From contig JAGVYR010000066.1 of assembly GCA_018303185.1 (NCBI GenBank), positions 29,553 through 93,552 on the forward strand: a DNA stretch of 64,000 bases, given 5' to 3'. A model generated the notes under the pieces. That model ran no database searches and was not told the origin of the DNA. It saw nothing but the letters and a program-made list of their open reading frames with translations. Made by a program: the position numbers and the translations under genes. This document shows positions 21,209-29,951 of this stretch, piece after piece (the stretch's first letter is position 1; each line of letters starts with the position of its first letter). Origin of the DNA: Candidatus Woesearchaeota archaeon. GTDB taxonomy: Archaea; Nanobdellota; Nanobdellia; Woesearchaeales; GW2011-AR4.

Positions 21209-21925
21209 CTAAGGCTTCTCAAGAATAAACTCGGCATGCCACGTAAGGAATTCATTCAGAAGCGGAATCTTCGCAAAATTCACTGGAGACATCCTTGTAG
21301 ATATGCTTCTTATCCTGAGCCCGTTCCTTCTTATAATGCGCTTTACCTGCATTATTGTCCTCTTTTTCAGCTTGCCATACTCATCGTCATATTTCTGGCT
21401 TTTGGTTCCGTACAAAACCCGTGAAATCCTTACTGCAGCCCACTCACCGAGATAATGGAATGGCTTGAACTGGTGGCTCCCTACAGGGCTCCAGAATGGC
21501 GGAAAAGACAGATAGCATATGCCATGGGGCTTCATCACTCTCTTAATCTCATTTACGAGCTTATTTGGGTCTGCAACATGCTCAATCAGGCTTGAGCAGA
21601 ATACAAAGTCAAACCCGTTATCCTTAAAAGGCATGCTCAGCGCATCTCCACGGACGAATTTTATCCCCTTATGCGGCATAAAATAATCTTTGGTTATGTC
21701 AAGCGCAGTCACTTTTGCCCCTGCTTCCAGAAGCATCCTGGTATAGCCGCCGCGGCCGCAGCCTATGTCGAGCGCCTTTTTGCCTTTCAGCATTATTCTC
21801 TTTTTGTTCAAAAAATCTGAAACTATCTTTGCCTGAAATTTTTCAAACTCCACATAATCTTGGTTTGACCTTGCCCTCTTCCTTGCAGCCTTATAGAATG
21901 CCAGATAATCGGAGAAATTGACCAT
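21209..21925 (-). CDS. Class I SAM-dependent methyltransferase
   Basis: ALDIGCGRGGYTRMLLEAGAKVTALDI (motif I), then DFVFCSSLIEHV. Confidence 0.75.
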   Translation of the reverse strand: MVNFSDYLAFYKAARKRARSNQDYVEFEKFQAKIVSDFLNKKRIMLKGKKALDIGCGRGGYTRMLLEAGAKVTALDITKDYFMPHKGIKFVRGDALSMPFKDNGFDFVFCSSLIEHVADPNKLVNEIKRVMKPHGICYLSFPPFWSPVGSHQFKPFHYLGEWAAVRISRVLYGTKSQKYDDEYGKLKKRTIMQVKRIIRRNGLRIRSISTRMSPVNFAKIPLLNEFLTWHAEFILEKP

Positions 21926-21991
21926 TGTATGCCTTATTTCAATTCCGTCAGAACAGAAAGCTATTTAAATATTTTACCATTAGTGAGAAGC

Positions 21992-22876
21992 ATGAAGATA
22001 ATTGTTACTGTTCCTGCTTATAATGAGCAGGACACCATAGGCAAGGTTGTTGATGAAATAAAGGAGGTCATGGAGAGCAACAGCTACAGCTATGCTGTTT
22101 TGGTAGTGGACGATGGCAGCAAGGACGGCACTGCAGAAATTGCAAAGGAGCATGGAGCGGCTGTTTTCTCCCATCCGAAGAACTACGGCCTCGCAGAGAC
22201 TTTCAGGACAGAAGTCAAGAAATGCCTTGAGATGGGAGCTGACATCATAGTGCATATTGACGCCGACACCCAGTATAAAGCTGCCGAAATTCCAAAGCTG
22301 GTAAAGGAGATAGAAAACGGCTATGACCTTGTCCTTGGCAGCAGGTTCAGGGGCAGGATAGAGAGCATGCCTCTTGTAAAAAGAATCGGAAATATAGCAT
22401 TTTCAAGGGCGATATCAAGGATAACAGGCCTGAAAATCAGCGATGCCCAGACAGGCTTCAGGGCTTTCACAAGGGACATTGCAAAAAAGATACAGATCAG
22501 TTCCAATCACACTTACACGCAGGAACAGATAATAAGGGCCGTGCGCGAGAAATTCAGGATTAAGGAAGTCCCGATTTACTTCGCAAAGAGGCTCGACAAA
22601 AGCAGGCTCATAAGCAACCCTTTTGGGTATGCAGTAAGGGCATGGATTAATATAATAAGGATATACCGCGATTATGAGCCTCTAAAGTTCTTTGGCACCG
22701 TAGGATCAGCAATATTCGGCTTTGGCGTTGCGATAGGCCTTTTCCTTGTCTACAGGCACATCACTATCGGCCTTTCCGGCAGGCATTTCGGGCTTATGAT
22801 GCTTGATGTCATAATCCTGAGCCTGGGATTCCAGATACTTATCTTCGGATTCATAGCAGATATGATGAGGAAGTAA
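21992..22876 (+). CDS. Family 2 glycosyltransferase (Dpm1-like) with C-terminal TM helices
   Basis: MKIIVTVPAYNE...VLVVDDGSKDGT...HIDADTQY, with C-terminal hydrophobic segments. The ORF-track start at 21929 is probably too early. Confidence 0.75.
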   Translation: MKIIVTVPAYNEQDTIGKVVDEIKEVMESNSYSYAVLVVDDGSKDGTAEIAKEHGAAVFSHPKNYGLAETFRTEVKKCLEMGADIIVHIDADTQYKAAEIPKLVKEIENGYDLVLGSRFRGRIESMPLVKRIGNIAFSRAISRITGLKISDAQTGFRAFTRDIAKKIQISSNHTYTQEQIIRAVREKFRIKEVPIYFAKRLDKSRLISNPFGYAVRAWINIIRIYRDYEPLKFFGTVGSAIFGFGVAIGLFLVYRHITIGLSGRHFGLMMLDVIILSLGFQILIFGFIADMMRK

Positions 22877-22895
22877 GCCGGAGAAAATTTCAGGG

Positions 22896-24104
22896 CTATA
22901 TTTTATTTATTATTTTATCAAAATTATCTGCAACTTTATCCCATGAATAATTCTGAAGAACGTGCTTTCTTCCTGCATTGGCTGTTTTTTCCCTCAGTCT
23001 TCTGTCTGAAAGCATCCTTATAATTGCAGAAGCCAGCCCATTCGGGTCTTTTTCCCTAACCAGAAGCCCGGTCTTCTCATGCTTTATTATGTCAGGAATC
23101 CCACCCACATCGCTTCCTACAACGGCAGTCCCGGAAGCAAGAGCCTCAAGAAAAACCACTCCAAGGCCTTCTGTATCTCCGGTTGCAGTCACTATCGAAG
23201 GGCCGGCAAAAAGGTCTGCAGCTGCATAATATGAAGGCAGCTCCTCATTCCTTATTTTTCCAGGAAGCATTATATTTTTCCCGAGGCTTAAATCTGAAAC
23301 CATCCTTGATATCCTTTCCTTTTCAGGGCCATCGCCCACAATGACAAGCCGGGCATCCTGAAATCTTTCAAGCACTTTCGGCATTGCCATGACAAGGTAT
23401 TTTATCCCTTTTTTCTCGGCAAGCCTTCCGACAGAAAGTATAAGCTCTTTCTTTATTCCGAGTTTCTTCTTAATAGCTTCTTTTTTGTTTTTTGGATTGA
23501 ATTTTTGCAAATCTACGCCCATTGGAATGACGGAAATGTTTTTTGCTTTTTTTATTTTGTTTATCGCATCTTTCGTGTAACTGCTGTTCACTGTAACATA
23601 GTCAGAATTCCTTATTGTATATGCGGCAATCCTCCTGAAAAGCCTTTTCTTCAGTGGAAATACATCCCCTGCATGTGCCGTTGAAATGACTTTCACGCCG
23701 TATCTCCTTCTAAGGAGCGCCGCTATAAGCCCCTGAGGGATTATCCAGTGGGCATGGATTATGCCTATTTTCTCTTTTTTCAGTATCCTTCTTATAGAAA
23801 AAAGCTCTGAAACCAGCAAAAAAGGCGCCTGCATCCTGGCAAGAAAGCTCTTTTTCATGTTCTCAAGAATGCCGCCCTCATAGCAGAGCCTCTGCATCCC
23901 CTCAGGCAGGAAATACCTGAACCTGTGCACTTTGACGCCGTCCATAACTTCAAATCTCTTGGCTCCCTTAAAATGCGGCGCAAGAACAATGACATTATGC
24001 CCTTTCTTTGCAAGAAGCCTGCTTAGGTAGAATACAAAAGAAGGCTCTGTATCCCCTTTCCAGCGCGGGAAGGTTGTTGCAGTTACAAGTACGTTCTTTG
24101 CCAT
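22896..24104 (-). CDS. Family 4 (GT-B) glycosyltransferase
   Basis: EGLGVVFLEALASGTAVVGSDVGGIPDII (GT4 E-x7-E region). Confidence 0.8.
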   Translation of the reverse strand: MAKNVLVTATTFPRWKGDTEPSFVFYLSRLLAKKGHNVIVLAPHFKGAKRFEVMDGVKVHRFRYFLPEGMQRLCYEGGILENMKKSFLARMQAPFLLVSELFSIRRILKKEKIGIIHAHWIIPQGLIAALLRRRYGVKVISTAHAGDVFPLKKRLFRRIAAYTIRNSDYVTVNSSYTKDAINKIKKAKNISVIPMGVDLQKFNPKNKKEAIKKKLGIKKELILSVGRLAEKKGIKYLVMAMPKVLERFQDARLVIVGDGPEKERISRMVSDLSLGKNIMLPGKIRNEELPSYYAAADLFAGPSIVTATGDTEGLGVVFLEALASGTAVVGSDVGGIPDIIKHEKTGLLVREKDPNGLASAIIRMLSDRRLREKTANAGRKHVLQNYSWDKVADNFDKIINKI

Positions 24105-24367
24105 TTTATGGTTTTTTATCTTGTTGGTTTTATTGGATTTTTTGTTGTTGTTTTTTAATATTGTTGCCTATCTCTCCATTGAGTTGTTGTATTCGCTATT
24201 TTTTTGCTGATTTTTCTTATTGAATTATAGTATTTTGCTGATTTTTTGTTTTATTTATTGTTTGATTTTGTTGTGTTTTGCTGCTGATACAACTATTGCA
24301 TATTATATGCCTTGTTATATGTATAATGAAGCCTCTCTTTTAAAATTGTCTATATTCCGTAAGAGAA

Positions 24368-24570
24368 GGCTTTGCCTGAAATCTCATTGCATTCGGGTTA
24401 GCGGCTTTCGCCCAATTTACGTACTTCATGAAGTATCGTTAAAGCCCCGCAGGGGATAATCTCACTCCGTTCGTTAGTTCGAGCATGCTCAAACCGTCCC
24501 CTTTAACTCTTTTGCCGGAAATCTGGAATGGGCTCACCTTATGCCGCTAACCTCCATTTGAGGCAAAGCC
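24368..24570 (+). ncRNA. Candidate structured RNA or leader upstream of rfbF (identity unknown)
   Basis: Two perfect long-range 9-bp pairings enclose about 140 nt that contain several local palindromic hairpins. The pairings are ggctttgcc(24368-76)/ggcaaagcc(24562-70) and gttagcggc(24397-405)/gccgctaac(24543-51). The hairpins include tacttcatgaagta, ccccgcagggg and gagcatgctc. The region is GC-richer than its flanks. Confidence 0.3.
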
Positions 24571-24616
24571 GCTTGAAGTGCAAACCTTTTTAAATTCCCT
24601 TCGTTAACAGCAGGGC

Positions 24617-25315
24617 ATGCAGGTCGTGATATTGTGCGGGGGAAAAGGCACGAGGCTGAGCGAGTTTACTGACAGCTTACCGAAGCCTCTTGTTGAGATA
24701 GGGAATAAGCCGATACTCCGCCACCTCATGGAGCTTTATGCGGGCCATGGCCACCGCGATTTTATACTGTGCCTTGGCTATAAGGGCGACAGGATAAAGG
24801 AGCATTTCAAAGGCAGCACCCCAAAGGACTGGAGCATAATTTTTGCCGATACCGGAGAAGACTCAAACAAGGCAGAAAGGCTGATGAGAATAAAAAACAG
24901 GATAAAAGAGGATACTTTCCTTGTATCTTACGGCGATGACCTGAGCGATGTGGACATGGATAAGCTGGTTAAATTTCACAAAAAAAATGGAAAAGTAGTT
25001 ACCCTTACTGCTGTCCCTTTGATGTCCCCTTTTGGAATCATGGAACTGAATAAAGACAATGAAGTGACGCAGTTTAAAGAAAAGCCAAAGCTCAATCACT
25101 GGATGAACGGCGGATTTTACGTCTTCAGCAGGGACATATTCAATTACCTGAAAAGCGGGCATGACCTCGAGAAAGGGGCTTTTGAAGCGCTTGCAAAGGA
25201 AAAAAAGATTGCGGCTTTCAGGCACGAGGGCTTCTGGAAAAGCATGAACACATTAAAGGATGTAATTGAGCTGAATGAGATGTTTGAACGGGGAGAGATG
25301 CCATGGATAAGATGA
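24617..25315 (+). CDS. rfbF: Glucose-1-phosphate cytidylyltransferase
   Basis: MQVVILCGGKGTRLSEFTDSLPKPLVEIGNKPILRHLMELYAGHGHRDFILCLGYKGD. Confidence 0.85.
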   Translation: MQVVILCGGKGTRLSEFTDSLPKPLVEIGNKPILRHLMELYAGHGHRDFILCLGYKGDRIKEHFKGSTPKDWSIIFADTGEDSNKAERLMRIKNRIKEDTFLVSYGDDLSDVDMDKLVKFHKKNGKVVTLTAVPLMSPFGIMELNKDNEVTQFKEKPKLNHWMNGGFYVFSRDIFNYLKSGHDLEKGAFEALAKEKKIAAFRHEGFWKSMNTLKDVIELNEMFERGEMPWIR

Positions 25316-26274
25316 GCTGGAAAGGGCTCAATGTGCTTGTCACAGGGGCTGACGGATTCATAGGCAGCCACATTGCAAAAGCGCTCATAGAAAGAGGCTC
25401 CAATGTAGTGACAATAGTGAGGGACATAAAAAAGAAAAGCAATATTGACGTTCTTGGAATAAAGGATAAGATAACTATAATCCACGGCGACCTTGTCAAT
25501 TATGCCGACTGCGAGCGCGCAATAAACGAATACGACATTGAATTTGTCTTCCATATAGCGGCCCAGGCGATAGTCGGCCCTGCCAACCGCAGCCCTCTTT
25601 CAACGTTTGAATCCAACATAAAGGGAACGTGGAACATTCTTGAGGCATGCAGGCTTTGCAAGACAGTGAAGGGCATAATTGTTGCCTCTTCTGACAAGGC
25701 ATACGGCCAGCAGAAAAAGCTGCCTTACACAGAAGAATCCCCGCTGAACGGCTATTATCCTTATGACGCATCAAAGGCATGCGCAGAGCTTCTTGCAAGA
25801 AGCTATTTCATGACCTATGCACTTCCATTGGCGATAACGAGGAATGCCAACACATACGGCCCTGCCGACATGAACATGAGCCGCATCGTTCCTGATGTCA
25901 TAACCAGCCTTTTGAAGGGCGGGCAGCCCGTGATAAGAAGCGACGGCAGCCCTGAGAGGGATTATATGTATATCAAGGATGCTATCTCTGCATATTTGAC
26001 TCTTGCTGAAAATCTCCACAGGAAAGATGTGCTCGGGCAGGCTTTTAACTTCGGAACCGGAAAACCGGTTTCTGTCCTAAGCCTCTATAATGCGATAATA
26101 AAGGCAATGGGAAAGGATACCAAGCCTAAAATTCTCGGAGAGGCAAAGAACGAGATTGACAGGCAGTATCTTGATTCTTCAAAGGCAAAAAGAGTTCTGG
26201 GATGGGAATCCGCTTACAGCCTTGAGCAGGGCCTGAAAGAGACAATAGAGTGGTACAAAAATAATACTCAATAG
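25303..26274 (+). CDS. rfbG: CDP-glucose 4,6-dehydratase
   Basis: WKGLNVLVTGADGFIGSHIAKAL..., an SDR fold, and a 13-nt overlap with rfbF. Confidence 0.8.
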   Translation: MDKMSWKGLNVLVTGADGFIGSHIAKALIERGSNVVTIVRDIKKKSNIDVLGIKDKITIIHGDLVNYADCERAINEYDIEFVFHIAAQAIVGPANRSPLSTFESNIKGTWNILEACRLCKTVKGIIVASSDKAYGQQKKLPYTEESPLNGYYPYDASKACAELLARSYFMTYALPLAITRNANTYGPADMNMSRIVPDVITSLLKGGQPVIRSDGSPERDYMYIKDAISAYLTLAENLHRKDVLGQAFNFGTGKPVSVLSLYNAIIKAMGKDTKPKILGEAKNEIDRQYLDSSKAKRVLGWESAYSLEQGLKETIEWYKNNTQ

Positions 26275-26282
26275 AGCCTATC

Positions 26283-27371
26283 ATGAAAATTCTTGTCTTG
26301 ATGAAAAGGTTCGGGGCGAACAAGGACATGGCCCTCGGGAATTTCGGCAGGCAGGTAAGGCTCTTCGAGCCGCTCGCCAAAAGGCATAAGGTGGATTTTT
26401 TCTGCCCTGATTACACAAAGAGGGAGAAGAAAGTTTTTAAAAAAAATAGCATCACTTATTTCATCGAGCCCGTATCATTTTTTTTAATTCCAAAACTTTT
26501 GGCTTCGCTGGAAAAAATAATAAAAAATAAAAAATATGATGTGATTGTCGGCACCACCGATCCTTTATTGGGAATCCTTGCAAATAAGCTGTCTAAAAAA
26601 TACAAAACAAAGTTTGTCTACGACCTTCAGGACAACTTTGAGATATATTCATCCTGCAGGATTCCGTTTGTCCGCCATCTTGACCATAAGGCTGTAAGGG
26701 AAGCCGATCTTGTGATAACTGTAAGCGATACTTTAAGGGAGTGCCTGAGAAAATACAGGAAAAAACCCATGATAACAATTCAGAACGGCATTGAAAAAGG
26801 CATCTTCAGGCCAATGGACAGGAAGAAGTGCAGGGCAGCCCTGAAACTGCCGCAGCATGGAAAAATAATCGCATATATCGGGCACATATCCAATTACAAG
26901 GGATTTGATGTTTTGTTCAAGGCATTTCAGGAGGTAAGGAAAGAAATTCCTGATACGTTTCTTTTGCTGAGCGGAAAGGTCGATTACGGTCTTGATATAA
27001 AAAAAGAAAACGTAGTTTACAGCTCCCTTCCTGAAAGGAAACAGGTTGCAATGGCAATCAATGCCGCAGATGTATGCATAATCCCCAATACCGAGAATGA
27101 ATTTTCAAAATACTGCTTCCCTTACAAGCTGCTTGAGTACATGGCATGTGATGTTCCTATTGTAGCGAGCGATATAGGGGATGTCGGCATTGTCCTGAAA
27201 AAATACGGGAATTCCCTGTTCAGGGCAGGCGGCGCTTCCGATTTGGCGGAAAAGATAAAGCTCAGCATTTCAGCCGGCAGAAAAATAAGCTATAAGAGAG
27301 AAGTCGAAAAGTTCAGATGGAATGCCCTTTCATCAAAGATGGAAAAGGCGATGCTGGACAGGAAGCTATAG
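26283..27371 (+). CDS. Family 4 (GT-B) glycosyltransferase
   Basis: KYCFPYKLLEYMACDVPIVASDIGDVG. Confidence 0.75.
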   Translation: MKILVLMKRFGANKDMALGNFGRQVRLFEPLAKRHKVDFFCPDYTKREKKVFKKNSITYFIEPVSFFLIPKLLASLEKIIKNKKYDVIVGTTDPLLGILANKLSKKYKTKFVYDLQDNFEIYSSCRIPFVRHLDHKAVREADLVITVSDTLRECLRKYRKKPMITIQNGIEKGIFRPMDRKKCRAALKLPQHGKIIAYIGHISNYKGFDVLFKAFQEVRKEIPDTFLLLSGKVDYGLDIKKENVVYSSLPERKQVAMAINAADVCIIPNTENEFSKYCFPYKLLEYMACDVPIVASDIGDVGIVLKKYGNSLFRAGGASDLAEKIKLSISAGRKISYKREVEKFRWNALSSKMEKAMLDRKL

Positions 27372-28238
27372 TGCCTTCCTGCTCCTGATATTTTCAAGCA
27401 CGCTGTAAGGTATTTTTATTTTTCCGAGAGTGAACCTGAAATTGCCGTGATGGTCATTGCCGCCGCTTTCAAGGACGTGCTTTTTTGCCGCTATGCTTTT
27501 GTAGAACTTAATCATTTCCTCATTCCCTCTTTCATCAATCTTAAGCTCCGGGCAGATGATATGGTAGGGGTAATAAGTCTCTATGCCATCGCCCCCGTTA
27601 TCAAGGAAATAATCGATAAGCTTAAGCGATTCTTTTTGCGGATAAATCCCGGGATGGGCAAGTATTGCAACGCCCCCTGCGCCATGGATTGCCTTTATCC
27701 CATCTTCTATGGAAACCCTGTCATGAGTTTCCAGAAAAGCGGGCTTTCCCACGCCTATAAGCCTGTCAAAAACATCCGCTACTGAGCTGAATTTCTCAGG
27801 GTATTTTTTCAGCAGGTATTTTGCAATGTGCGGCCTTCCAAAAGTCCCTTTGACAGCCATTTTCACATCATTAAACTCTATCTTATAGCCCATGCCCTTG
27901 AGCTTTTCTATTATCTGCTTTTTATTCTCGTCCCTTTGCGAGTTGATATGCTTGATTAAATCAGCCAGTTTTTTATTGTTAATATCTGTCAAAAGCCCTA
28001 AAACATCAATCTTGTCAAAATCAAAAAGAGGGTCATCGCAGCTCAGCTCAACTCCCGGCACTATCTCAATGCCCCTATCCTTTGCATATTCAATAGCTTT
28101 CTGCACAGATCCTATGGAATCGTGGTCAGTAATGGCAATCGCCTTAAGGCCCTGCTTCAGGGCAAGGTCCACAAGCTCCTTTGCTTCCAGCTCGCCGTCA
28201 GAAGCTACAGTATGGCACTGGAGGTCTATATGCTCCAT
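27366..28238 (-). CDS. PHP-domain metal-dependent phosphoesterase (TrpH/YciV, COG0613-like)
   Basis: MEHIDLQCHTVASDGELEAKELVDLALKQGLKAIAITDHDS. Confidence 0.8.
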   Translation of the reverse strand: MEHIDLQCHTVASDGELEAKELVDLALKQGLKAIAITDHDSIGSVQKAIEYAKDRGIEIVPGVELSCDDPLFDFDKIDVLGLLTDINNKKLADLIKHINSQRDENKKQIIEKLKGMGYKIEFNDVKMAVKGTFGRPHIAKYLLKKYPEKFSSVADVFDRLIGVGKPAFLETHDRVSIEDGIKAIHGAGGVAILAHPGIYPQKESLKLIDYFLDNGGDGIETYYPYHIICPELKIDERGNEEMIKFYKSIAAKKHVLESGGNDHHGNFRFTLGKIKIPYSVLENIRSRKAL

Positions 28239-28239
28239 C

Positions 28240-28860
28240 TTAACCTTCCAAAATCCTTATGAGCTTATCCTTGAGCTCTTCAAACCTTTCCTCAGAAAGC
28301 ACAACTTTCCTCACAGGCTTCATCTTTACGAATTCTTCCCCTGAATCATCCCTAAAAGCCTGCTTCTTCCCGAATGAGCTGTCGACCGTGTAAGGCTGCC
28401 CTATGTTTCCCCTGAAAGGGAATATCTTGATGTGAAGATGCTCTTTCTTCTCCAGCCATGTGGTGCATTTTCCATAAATGGCAACTGAAGCGGCACCATC
28501 TTTTTTCTTTGAGGCTGCTTCAAGCTTTTTCTCAGACATCATTACCTCTGTAAGCGCCCTGCTGGCCTTTGAGAATATCCTGCCGTAATTCTCGGCAAGC
28601 TTGGGATATAAATCAATCTGCGAGAAATGAGTAAGGTGCGCGAAAGGCATTATCTGTATTGTGAAATCTTCCTCGGGATTGCTTCCTGTTTTCGGGGAAA
28701 GTGTTGCAAACCATCCGTCCTTTTTGCTTCCAACCCTGCATATTATGGCTGCGCCGTATTCGGTCTTGTCTCCGACTTTAAGGGCGATTTCCCTGCATAG
28801 GTTGCATTCTTTAGACATTTTTGCTGCCTCGCTGAACAGCTTTTCAGGTTCTTTTGCCAT
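28240..28860 (-). CDS. HIT-family (histidine triad) nucleotide hydrolase/transferase
   Basis: N-terminal CNLCREI (the HIT CxxC start) and histidine triad EHLHIKIFP. Confidence 0.65.
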   Translation of the reverse strand: MAKEPEKLFSEAAKMSKECNLCREIALKVGDKTEYGAAIICRVGSKKDGWFATLSPKTGSNPEEDFTIQIMPFAHLTHFSQIDLYPKLAENYGRIFSKASRALTEVMMSEKKLEAASKKKDGAASVAIYGKCTTWLEKKEHLHIKIFPFRGNIGQPYTVDSSFGKKQAFRDDSGEEFVKMKPVRKVVLSEERFEELKDKLIRILEG

Positions 28861-28861
28861 T

Positions 28862-29950
28862 TTAATTATCCAATACTCTTATGTATTCTCCGTCTCTCAT
28901 GCCCGATATGTAGCTGTCAAAATACCCAACGACTATCCTGTTGTGTTTCCTGCCTGACTTTTCAGACACTTCCTCAACTGTGCCGCTCACTTCAATATTC
29001 TCTCCGGGATATGCAAGCATGCAGTAATCCCTTGAATAAAAGGCTACTTTATCAATTTTAATATTTTCGCACGATTTGTCTCCGGAGACAAATTTTGAGC
29101 CTGAAACAGCATAGCAGCCCGGCCTTACAATGGAATCCGCATTCGCAGAAACTTTTGCCTTTACCTTGGCGTGCCCTATTTTTTTATAGTGCTCCTGCCC
29201 CCATTTGAACCATGTCTCGCCTTCATTTTCAACTGCAAATATGACGAATAAGGTATTTTTAAAAAATCCCTCTGACTTTTTCCTGTGCATGTTCTCAATG
29301 TAGGTTTCCTTTTTATGCACCATGTGCCTGTTCCTTTTGGTGTAGAAGTGCTCCCATTCTTCATAGGTTTTCCACCTTAAATCCTTGTCCTGCGCTTTCT
29401 CAAGATATTTCATAAGCTCCCAGAATTTTTTCTTTCCGTAGACGACAATGTTTATGTCTGATATGTTCTGGGAATAATGCCCCATTAAAGTTGAATAAGT
29501 TATGCCAAAATCCCCGAGCTTAAGCCCGCTTTTCATCAAAAGAGCGGCAAATTCTGATACTGTCTTAAGATGAAAGTCCATATCTTTGGGAGGAATGCTC
29601 ATCAGCTCCCTAAGCCCGTCTCTTGGCGAGTATTCTTTTTCTATATTTTCCTTGGGAATGGCGAAGAACAATGGGCTTATGTCGTGCATGTCGCTCTTGT
29701 AGATGTAGCCGGGATAAGCCCTGATAAATGCCTTGATATACTCGCTTAATTTCTCCCTGTTTATCCACAGGTCAAGCCGGTTCATCTTCTTTCCTGAAAG
29801 GAATCTTGAAGGCAGGGCATCGCTTGAAATCCTGTCCGTGGGAATGTATTTCGGCTTTACAAGAATCCTGCCCGGAGGATGCTCATTCCCGTAGACCTGG
29901 CAGTGCATGCCCTCTTTTGTTGTGATTATTGTAGATTCGTAGAAGTGCAT
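28862..29950 (-). CDS. Pol-beta-fold nucleotidyltransferase with N-terminal extension and C-terminal OB-like barrel (paralog 1)
   Basis: NTase motif TLMGHYSQNISDINIVVYG (G-x-SDhDh). The C-terminus reads NIEVSGTVEEVSEKSGRKHNRIVVGYFD. Confidence 0.45.
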   Translation of the reverse strand: MHFYESTIITTKEGMHCQVYGNEHPPGRILVKPKYIPTDRISSDALPSRFLSGKKMNRLDLWINREKLSEYIKAFIRAYPGYIYKSDMHDISPLFFAIPKENIEKEYSPRDGLRELMSIPPKDMDFHLKTVSEFAALLMKSGLKLGDFGITYSTLMGHYSQNISDINIVVYGKKKFWELMKYLEKAQDKDLRWKTYEEWEHFYTKRNRHMVHKKETYIENMHRKKSEGFFKNTLFVIFAVENEGETWFKWGQEHYKKIGHAKVKAKVSANADSIVRPGCYAVSGSKFVSGDKSCENIKIDKVAFYSRDYCMLAYPGENIEVSGTVEEVSEKSGRKHNRIVVGYFDSYISGMRDGEYIRVLDN

Positions 29951-29951
29951 T

